NCBI GenBank assembly: GCA_963727625.1
Contig: CAVSHR010000002.1
Span: 576,001-640,000, forward strand
From: an uncultured delta proteobacterium
GTDB taxonomy: Bacteria > Desulfobacterota > Binatia > UBA9968
DNA length: 64,000 nucleotides
Direction: 5' to 3'
Shown: one piece after another, positions 20,184-27,101 of the stretch
How the letters are laid out: each line of letters opens with the position of its first letter
How positions within the stretch are numbered: position 1 is the stretch's first letter
Program-made: the position numbers and the translations under genes
Notes under the pieces: model-generated
Database searches by the model: none
Told to the model about the DNA's origin: nothing
Seen by the model: only the letters and a program-made list of their open reading frames with translations

Positions 20184-20777
20184 TTGGAAACACGCATGAA
20201 TGTCGATAGCAAGAATATGGGGCGGGGGGAGGACGTCGTTTGGATCAAGCAGATCGCGGCGGGGAATCGCGACGCCTTCGAGAAACTCTATGGCGAGTAT
20301 CAAAAACGCTTGTTTCGTTATTTTCTGCGCATGGTCAGCAGCGTGGAAGCCGCCGAGGAGCTTACCAACGATGTATTGGTGGAGGTATGGAAAAAAGCCG
20401 GAGAGTTTCGCGGCCTGTCCAAGGTGTCGACTTGGATCTTCGGCATCGCGCACCATAAGGCCATGAACGAATATCGCAGCAGGAAACCGGCAACGGTCGG
20501 TCTGGAAGCCGCCGCCAACAAAGCCGACCCGGCCGACACGCCTGAAGAGAGCGCGGCACAGGTCAATCTAAAAGAAAAAATCAAACGCGCACTGCAAGCG
20601 CTATCGCCGGAGCACCGCGAGGTGATGGAGCTCACATTCACCAACGGGCTTTCTTACCAGGAAATTTCCGATGTCATGCAATGTCCGGTAAACACGGTGA
20701 AGACGCGCATGTTTTACGCCAAGAAGCAATTGCAGGAGATTTTGCAGTCGATGGGTATCAGACGGGAGACCGCATGA
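20184..20777 (+). CDS. ECF RNA polymerase sigma factor
   Basis: Region 2 AEELTNDVLVEVW..FRGLSKVSTWIFGIA and region 4 GLSYQEIS..PVNTVKTRMFYAK; the true start may be an ATG slightly downstream. Confidence 0.95.
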   Translation: METRMNVDSKNMGRGEDVVWIKQIAAGNRDAFEKLYGEYQKRLFRYFLRMVSSVEAAEELTNDVLVEVWKKAGEFRGLSKVSTWIFGIAHHKAMNEYRSRKPATVGLEAAANKADPADTPEESAAQVNLKEKIKRALQALSPEHREVMELTFTNGLSYQEISDVMQCPVNTVKTRMFYAKKQLQEILQSMGIRRETA

Positions 20778-21445
20778 CGCACCAGGAAGTCATCGAACTG
20801 CTCCCCTGGTACGTCAACGCAACCTTGAGTGAGGACGAACGCCGGGAGCTGGATTCCCACTTGGCGGGCTGTGCGTCATGTCGAGTCGAGCTCGACGAAC
20901 TGACGGTTTTACAGCGGGCGATCGAGGAATCGGCGGAGGAACTGCCGGAGCCGTCGCGGTCGCGCTTGACCGAAGCGATGGCGGAAATCGGCGCGTACGA
21001 GCAGGCCAAGCAACGACCGCCAGTGAAATCCTCGTCGCGGCTTAGTGAATTCCTGGAACGGATCGGCGAGGTTTTGATGGGCTGGTGCGGGCCGCTGCCG
21101 GCGCGGGCGATGGTTGCGGCTCAATTCGTATTAATTGTCGCCCTGGCCGGCGGCCTGGGTTTCTCCCTTTGGAATCAGCGCGAGTTCTCGACCCTTTCCG
21201 GCCACCAGGTGAGCGAGGACGACGGCGCCAGGATCGCGGTTCGCTTCGAAGCGTCGATCACCGAGGCACAGTTGCGCGACGTTGTGGGTGAAATCAAGGG
21301 TACCATTGTCGCCGGCCCATCGCCCCTGGGAATCTATACGATACGAGTGCCGATCGCAGCGGAGAATACGGCGGAGCTCGATAAATTGCTGGAGCGCCTG
21401 CGGAGCAAGCGGCAAATCATCGCGTACGCCGAGAGAATGGAATAA
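20774..21445 (+). CDS. zf-HC2 (ZAS) anti-sigma factor with one TM segment and a periplasmic domain
   Basis: ATGA overlap with the sigma gene; LLPWYVNATL..HLAGCASC (HxxxCxxC); TM segment AAQFVLIVALAGGLGF. Confidence 0.9.
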   Translation: MTHQEVIELLPWYVNATLSEDERRELDSHLAGCASCRVELDELTVLQRAIEESAEELPEPSRSRLTEAMAEIGAYEQAKQRPPVKSSSRLSEFLERIGEVLMGWCGPLPARAMVAAQFVLIVALAGGLGFSLWNQREFSTLSGHQVSEDDGARIAVRFEASITEAQLRDVVGEIKGTIVAGPSPLGIYTIRVPIAAENTAELDKLLERLRSKRQIIAYAERME

Positions 21446-21472
21446 AAATTTTTTGATCTGATCGAGGTCATC

Positions 21473-23230
21473 ATGCGACAGACACGCTCAGTTTTATTCC
21501 GCGCCGCTTCTGCGGCGATTGTGCTGCTTTTTTCCCTCGGCCATCCGGCAGCGGTGTTGGCGACCGTCGAAGAGCTGACATTGAGCAAAGTGCCGCCGGA
21601 CACCAAGGTGACCATCATCGGCACCGATCGAAGCGATCGCGTCGAGGCCAGGACGAAAGTTGGAGACAGCGAGGGTAAGCTCAGTTTTCAATTGAAAGAC
21701 CGTGGCTGGGAAAGCGGAAAATATATTCTAAACATCTGGGAGCCGGTCGGCAGCCCGGTCACCGAGTTGATCACACTTGAAGATGGTGCGAATCAAATCG
21801 ATCTCGCGACGATTCTCGGCGAGCCAGAAGCCGCTGGCCAAGAAGCGGCGTCAGCGCCGACTGCCGGCGTACTGGGCGGATTGGCAGCCGGAGCGACAGG
21901 GGCGGCAATTTCCATTGGTGGCAGGCGTAGCGAGGCCGGAATCGAGCGCGGCGGAGAGTATGGCTACAACGACGAAGAGCGCGGCGGGCGCGGCACGGGA
22001 GCCGGCGTTGCTATTGGCGGCGCGCTGCTTGGCGCTTTGGCGAACTCGCTTTTCGGCGGATCGTCGAGTGAGCCCCCACCGGCGGCTCCAGTATCAGCGC
22101 CGGAACCGCGGCCTGCGCGCGAGTTTGTCCTTCACCGCGTGCTGGTGACGATTCCGCTGGCCGATTTGCCGGCCATGCAGACTTTGGCACAAGCGATTGC
22201 CGCTGACCACAACCTTACATTTCTTGCCGTTAACGCCTTGGGGTCGGTCAACCTCGGTCTGGCGGAATATACAATTACCGATGGTTTGGATCCCCTGGCA
22301 AAATCGGCCGAGCTTGCCGCCGATGCCCGGGTGGAGGCGGCCCAGCCTGAGTTCATCTATCAAACCGCCTCGAAGCAAGAGCAGCTTTATTACGGCCGCA
22401 AATTAATTCGCGCCGATGTGGTGGCGCCGAAGGTTACCGGCGACGGCGTGCGCGTCGCACTAATCGATACCGGCGTCGACCGCGAGCGTCCCGAGCTCAA
22501 GGGCAAGATTGCCGCCGCGGTGGATTTCACCGGCAAAGGATTGACGCCCGACGTGCATGGCACGATGCTCGCCGGCATCATCGCCGCGGAACGAAGCAGC
22601 GGCATTGGAGTCGCGCCCAGCGTGAATTTGCTCGCGATCAAGTCCTGCCAAGCGCAACGACCTCAGCGCATCGAGGGAACGTGCTGGACCTCGACGCTTA
22701 CGCGAGGCATTGATTACGCCAACACCGGTGCGGCACGGGTGATCAATCTGAGCGTCGGCGGCCCTGAGGATAAGCTTCTCACCCGTCTGATTAATGAAGC
22801 GGTCAAGCGAAACATCGTGGTGGTCGCCGCGGCGGGCAACGACGGAGTAAAGGGGCAGCCGCGCTATCCGGCGGCGTTGGACAATGTGATCGCGGTTACC
22901 GCCGTCGACATCGACCGCCACTTGTACCGACAGGCGACTCGTGGAACCTTTATCGATTTGTCGGCGCCTGGAGTGGAGATTGTCAGTGTCGGACCTGGTG
23001 CGAGATTCCCGATTTCGTCTGGCACTTCGTTCGCCGCGGCTTACGTGACCGGCACGATTGCGCTCATGCTCGAACAAACGGGCGGTCTCACACCCCCGGA
23101 AACCCAGGCCGCGTTGGAAAAGACGGCCGCGGACCTCGGTGCCCCCGGCAAGGACGGCGAATTCGGCAGTGGTCTGGTCGATATCTGCCAGGCGATGGCG
23201 CAACTCGATCAAGCCAATCCATGCCGTTAA
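21473..23230 (+). CDS. Secreted S8 family serine peptidase (subtilase)
   Basis: Signal peptide; catalytic triad motifs IDTG, HGTMLAG and GTSFAA; oxyanion AAAGN. Confidence 0.93.
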   Translation: MRQTRSVLFRAASAAIVLLFSLGHPAAVLATVEELTLSKVPPDTKVTIIGTDRSDRVEARTKVGDSEGKLSFQLKDRGWESGKYILNIWEPVGSPVTELITLEDGANQIDLATILGEPEAAGQEAASAPTAGVLGGLAAGATGAAISIGGRRSEAGIERGGEYGYNDEERGGRGTGAGVAIGGALLGALANSLFGGSSSEPPPAAPVSAPEPRPAREFVLHRVLVTIPLADLPAMQTLAQAIAADHNLTFLAVNALGSVNLGLAEYTITDGLDPLAKSAELAADARVEAAQPEFIYQTASKQEQLYYGRKLIRADVVAPKVTGDGVRVALIDTGVDRERPELKGKIAAAVDFTGKGLTPDVHGTMLAGIIAAERSSGIGVAPSVNLLAIKSCQAQRPQRIEGTCWTSTLTRGIDYANTGAARVINLSVGGPEDKLLTRLINEAVKRNIVVVAAAGNDGVKGQPRYPAALDNVIAVTAVDIDRHLYRQATRGTFIDLSAPGVEIVSVGPGARFPISSGTSFAAAYVTGTIALMLEQTGGLTPPETQAALEKTAADLGAPGKDGEFGSGLVDICQAMAQLDQANPCR

Positions 23231-23289
23231 TCATGACCACGTAGAGTTTTCGACCTCGCTCCGAATCTTTTGTGATCTCAGTTCCCTCC

Positions 23290-23318
23290 ATGGCCCTGGT
23301 CTCCAGGGCCATTTTTTT
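23290..23318 (+). terminator. Intrinsic terminator of the sigma/anti-sigma/S8 operon
   Basis: atggccctgg tct ccagggccat followed by a T run. Confidence 0.75.
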
Positions 23319-23321
23319 CAC

Positions 23322-23348
23322 TTGAACCTTCGCCGTAGCGCTTGCGAC
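23322..23348 (+). promoter_or_regulatory. ECF-type promoter, site 2
   Basis: TTGAACC ttcgccgtagcgctt GCGAC, immediately after a terminator. Confidence 0.8.
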
Positions 23349-23383
23349 CTACCCGATAACGAAATTTTAGGGAGGGCGGGACG

Positions 23384-23506
23384 ATGAACGACGAACTTAT
23401 AGATTATCTGACGACCATCTGGATGGTGAAGCAGGGCGGTCGAGTTTACTTCTTTCGCGGCGACCTCGCTGATTTGCCGCCGCATCTTTCGATAGTTGTC
23501 TGTTGA
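23384..23506 (+). CDS. Small hypothetical protein (40 aa)
   Basis: GGAGG RBS, located just downstream of promoter site 2; MNDELIDYLTTIWMVKQGGRVYFFRGDLADLPPHLSIVVC. Confidence 0.5.
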   Translation: MNDELIDYLTTIWMVKQGGRVYFFRGDLADLPPHLSIVVC

Positions 23507-23564
23507 CTCTAAGCAGCGCCTTCTTGATCGGCTGCTAAGCCGTTCAAGGGTTTAGGCAAATATT

Positions 23565-23957
23565 ATGAAACGAACAAAACTAAAGCTGATCGCACTCGTC
23601 CTGACGGGTCTGCTCGGAAGCTCTGCTTCTCTCGCTTCGCCCAGATTTAGCGTTTTTCGCTTCGGCGCCATCGCCTATTCGCGCAGCAGCGGCCGTTTCG
23701 GCTCGAGCTGGTCATGGGACCGTGCCTCAAAGGCTCAGCAACAAGCGCTCGCTGCGTGCAATCGTCCGGACTGCCGCACGATGGTGTTATTCAGAAACGC
23801 CTGCGGTGCGCTGGCGCGGGCGCACAACGCCTCTATCGTAACCGCATGGAGCGACTCTGTAACCAATGCCAAGCGACTTGCGTCTAATCGCTGTACCCGG
23901 GAATGGGGCAGCTGCAAGCTAATCTGCTCGGTGTGCTCCGGCGGCAACCGACCGTAG
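23565..23957 (+). CDS. Secreted DUF4189-like cysteine-rich protein
   Basis: Signal peptide; FGAIAYS, ALAAC...C...NACGALA and six Cys. Confidence 0.82.
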   Translation: MKRTKLKLIALVLTGLLGSSASLASPRFSVFRFGAIAYSRSSGRFGSSWSWDRASKAQQQALAACNRPDCRTMVLFRNACGALARAHNASIVTAWSDSVTNAKRLASNRCTREWGSCKLICSVCSGGNRP

Positions 23958-23975
23958 AAAAGTAGGCGATAAGAA

Positions 23976-24251
23976 ATGGGCAATTACTTCACAAGGAACG
24001 TAGTGGCAGTCGGCTTCGTGGCCGGCCTTGGCATGGCGGCCGTCTCGACGCTGCTTCTGTGGCTCGACCAGGGTAAGTGCGAGATCATCGTGCAATTCAT
24101 TGACTTTCTCGCCGGGCTGCCGGTAGTCATTGCGCGGCGGCTCGATGTTCCCAAGTCGCTATTTTATCCGTTTTTCTTTACCTATTGGGGGCTGACCGGC
24201 GCCAGCATCGCAAAGCTCGTTCAGCGCCGGCGGCCCCGCTCCGCGCAATAA
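23976..24251 (+). CDS. Small hypothetical membrane protein
   Basis: 91 aa with 2-3 hydrophobic segments, 18 nt after the DUF4189-like gene. Confidence 0.6.
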   Translation: MGNYFTRNVVAVGFVAGLGMAAVSTLLLWLDQGKCEIIVQFIDFLAGLPVVIARRLDVPKSLFYPFFFTYWGLTGASIAKLVQRRRPRSAQ

Positions 24252-24377
24252 GTCTATTTCTCCAAATTCGCCAATTTCTCTAGAGGGTTAACGCTCTTCG
24301 CGGTGCCGGAGATTCCATGACCGGCGTCGAGCGTCTCGGCTTGCCGCGCATTTCGCCGTCAAAAAAGCCATTCGGCG

Positions 24378-24404
24378 TTGAACCTTTTTCAAACCGGCTG
24401 CGAC
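24378..24404 (+). promoter_or_regulatory. ECF-type promoter, site 3
   Basis: TTGAACC tttttcaaaccggct GCGAC. Confidence 0.8.
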
Positions 24405-24503
24405 TTACTCACCGTACGAGCCGCGGCAAGGACGAAGTAAAACGAAAGGGAGAACAGAATCATGAAAACGTTATTAACCCATAGACCAGAAGGGAGAATT
24501 TCG

Positions 24504-24989
24504 ATGAAGGCGAATCTTAAAAAGGCAATGATGGCAACGGCGGTGTTCGGTATGCTCGCGGGTCCTTACTTGGTGAGCGAAGCGGATGCGATCTGCTTGA
24601 TCTCTTGCAGCCGGCGCAGCAATACCGCGACCACCACCAATCAGACCGAGACCAACAGTGTGTGGGGGAGCTATCGCGGCCATCAGTTGGATACCTATAG
24701 CTCTCAGTACCAGGCCGGCGATATTACCGTGGGCAATTTCGGCAACGGGAACATCGTTGCGGGCGGGCCCGAGGTATTTGTCCGGGGCGATAACAACGGT
24801 GCGTTGAACGCCAGCCAGTCGAACAACTTCGGCATCGTCAACAGCAACTTCGGCCACACGGCGGGCGTGGCCCCGCAGGCCTCGGGCGACGTGAGCGCGA
24901 GCATCTTTCCGATGAACGATGCCACGAGCCGGAACAGCATTCCGATCAGCCAGGGCGACACCGACGCGGTCAACACCACCGTCAAGTAA
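24504..24989 (+). CDS. Secreted N/G/S/T-rich low-complexity protein (candidate fibre or amyloid subunit)
   Basis: Signal peptide ending ADA; the mature part starts ICLISC and carries NFG three times plus QAGD/QASGD/QGD motifs. An alternative start at 24462 also has an RBS. Confidence 0.75.
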   Translation: MKANLKKAMMATAVFGMLAGPYLVSEADAICLISCSRRSNTATTTNQTETNSVWGSYRGHQLDTYSSQYQAGDITVGNFGNGNIVAGGPEVFVRGDNNGALNASQSNNFGIVNSNFGHTAGVAPQASGDVSASIFPMNDATSRNSIPISQGDTDAVNTTVK

Positions 24990-25001
24990 AACTTCGCGCA
25001 A

Positions 25002-25037
25002 GAGGGGACGGGAGATTCTCCCGCCCCCTCTTTTTTT
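25002..25037 (+). terminator. Intrinsic terminator after the N/G-rich gene
   Basis: gaggggacgggag att ctcccgccccctc followed by T7. Confidence 0.8.
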
Positions 25038-25052
25038 ATGGAGGAAGATAAA

Positions 25053-25455
25053 ATGAAAAAGCTGATGACGCTTTTTGCACTTCTGTTGATCGCCGCACCG
25101 GTTTTGGCGCAGGAGCAGCCTTCCCCGGCGCAAACCCTGCTGCGCAATCTCAATCGTATTCGCGCCGGGATGGAGCATGAGGAAGAAAGGGAGGCAGAAA
25201 AAGCGCGCGCCAACGCCGGCCAATCCGCCGTCTGGCGCGAGCCGGGGGAGCTTGGGCGAGCTGCGCGCGCGTGTCACCGACAACATGCGCAATATCCGCG
25301 AACCCTTCCGCTGCCTCGATGTCGACATCGAGAAGAACGCCGGTCCGGTCGTTTTGGTATGCGGCAATAACAGCGGCACGAGCGCGGCGCTGCAACAGAA
25401 CACGAGCAATTCGGGCAATACGTTGGTGACGACCCTGCCCGCGGCTCAGCCCTAA
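25053..25455 (+). CDS. Secreted hypothetical protein with an apparent +1 frameshift near 25243..25247
   Basis: Signal peptide MKKLMTLFALLLIAAPVLA. Removing one G from ccgggggag joins it to SLGELRARVTDNMRNIREPFRCLDVD..VCGNNSG..*, whose stop abuts the next RBS. Confidence 0.65.
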
Positions 25456-25465
25456 GGAGGTAATC

Positions 25466-25771
25466 ATGCAACTCGCAAGACTATGCATCCTTTTCGTGAC
25501 AGCGGCGCTGTTGATCGTTCACACGCTGGCGCATTCCGCCAGCGCGCCCATCGGCGAAACACTACTGCTGATTCCTACCCGCGGTGCCGCCGTGATCGTG
25601 ATCGAAAACGCCAGCCGATTCGATCCGCTGGTGCAGCGTTTGCTGGCCGAGGGCGAGATCAAACGCTGGTTCGTCGTCGAGCAACCGCTGATTCAACTGC
25701 CAAAGTTGCAATCCGAAGGTTTTTTGCACGAGCTTCAGATCCGCCAACTCGATGAGATCATGCGGCGCTAG
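25466..25771 (+). CDS. Small secreted hypothetical protein
   Basis: AAGGAGG RBS; signal peptide ending AHS or ASA; 101 aa. Confidence 0.7.
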   Translation: MQLARLCILFVTAALLIVHTLAHSASAPIGETLLLIPTRGAAVIVIENASRFDPLVQRLLAEGEIKRWFVVEQPLIQLPKLQSEGFLHELQIRQLDEIMRR

Positions 25772-25809
25772 GATTCCTTCGAGATACTTTTACGTACCAT
25801 TTCATTCTC

Positions 25810-25841
25810 TTTCAGGGGCGGGTTGGAAACCCGCCCCTGAA
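25810..25841. repeat. Near-perfect hairpin (REP-like or terminator)
   Basis: ttcaggggcgggtt ggaa acccgcccctgaa. Confidence 0.65.
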
Positions 25842-25862
25842 GGGTATTTTTGCTCCGGTGAT

Positions 25863-25889
25863 TTGAACCTTTTTAGATGTGGCTGCGAC
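25863..25889 (+). promoter_or_regulatory. ECF-type promoter, site 4 (upstream of the CsgG-family gene)
   Basis: TTGAACC tttttagatgtggct GCGAC. Confidence 0.8.
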
Positions 25890-25926
25890 AGAACATACAG
25901 ATTCAGTCAAAAAGGGAGGGATCACC

Positions 25927-26886
25927 ATGAATAAATTCATCGTCACAGCAATGTTAGCGGCTTTAATGGGCTGCGGAACTTACTCCTCGCAGGCACAAGA
26001 CCCGGGCGTCAAAACCGCTTGCCCGGCGCAAAAGAAACGCGTAGCGGTGCTCAAGTTCGGCGCCACCGGTAAATTCGGCGCGTTCGAGGGCTGGGACGTT
26101 GGCGACGGGTTGGCCGCACAGCTGGCCACGGCGCTGCAGCAAAGCGGTTGTTTTACGGTCATCGATCGTCTCGCGCTGGCCGGTTTGCTGAGAGAGCAAG
26201 AACTCGCATTGACCGGCATTGCCGCGAATGAGTCCGCCGTAAGAGTGGGAAAAATGTCCGGCGCGCAGATCCTGATCAAGGGCGAAATCACCGAGTTCGA
26301 ACCGACGACTTCGGGCAGCGGCATGACCGTCGGGCTCGGCTTTATTAAAGTTCCGCTCGGCATCCGCCTCGGCGGCGAGTCGCAAACCGCCCATGTCGCC
26401 ATGGACGTGCGTTTGATCGACGCTTCAACCGGGCAGGTGCTTCAATCTCACCGTGTCGAGGGTAAGTCGAGCGCTTCGGGTTTGTCGCTGGGGTTGGACA
26501 ACCGCTTCGCCAGCATCGGCGGTGAACATTTCACCAAGACACCGTTAGGGCAGGCTACCCGCCAGGCGCTGGTCGAAGCAGTTGGTTTAATATCAGCTTC
26601 ATTAAACGCCTTGCCGTCCGAACCCGCTCCGGAGTGGCGCGTCGTCGACGTGATGGACAATCAGATTTTCGTCAACGCCGGCGAAGCCGCCGGTGTTAAA
26701 ATCGGCGAGCGGCTGCGCGTGGTATCGGTATCGCGCGAGCTCGTCGATCCGGAAACCCAAGCGGTGTTGGGAACGATCGAGCAACCCGGCGGCGAAGTCG
26801 AGATCGTTGCAGTAAAAGATCGCTACAGTGTCGGAACCGTCCTCGGGTCATTCTCACCTAAACGGGGCGATGTCGTTCGCTACTGA
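25927..26886 (+). CDS. CsgG/HfaB family lipoprotein with a C-terminal FlgT-C-like domain
   Basis: Lipobox LMGC; RVAVLKF, FTVIDR..LLREQEL, GAQILIKGEITEFE and DVRLIDASTGQV; C-terminal IFVNAG..GVKIG..LVDPET. Confidence 0.88.
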   Translation: MNKFIVTAMLAALMGCGTYSSQAQDPGVKTACPAQKKRVAVLKFGATGKFGAFEGWDVGDGLAAQLATALQQSGCFTVIDRLALAGLLREQELALTGIAANESAVRVGKMSGAQILIKGEITEFEPTTSGSGMTVGLGFIKVPLGIRLGGESQTAHVAMDVRLIDASTGQVLQSHRVEGKSSASGLSLGLDNRFASIGGEHFTKTPLGQATRQALVEAVGLISASLNALPSEPAPEWRVVDVMDNQIFVNAGEAAGVKIGERLRVVSVSRELVDPETQAVLGTIEQPGGEVEIVAVKDRYSVGTVLGSFSPKRGDVVRY

Positions 26887-26924
26887 AATTCCCGCAACCA
26901 TCCCGCCCAAACTCCTGCCCACGG

Positions 26925-26961
26925 ACTGCCCCGACCCAGAAGGGTTGGGGCAGTTGTCTTT
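26925..26961 (+). terminator. Hairpin terminator after the CsgG-family gene
   Basis: actgccccgaccc agaa gggttggggcagt followed by tgtcttt. Confidence 0.6.
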
Positions 26962-27101
26962 TGCGATCTCCGTCAGGGAATAGGACCGCTGAAACCGGTA
27001 TTTGGCAGTTTGTAGACTCTGGAATCGTTCCACCGCTGCATGTGGTGAGCGGCAATGCCGGTTCGCACCGCACGCAATCATTAGCAATTCGCGTCTTCCC
27101 G

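Noticed and set aside
20681-20773. Longer start for the anti-sigma factor
   Set aside because: It overlaps the sigma gene; the ATGA-coupled start at 20774 fits the ZAS domain.
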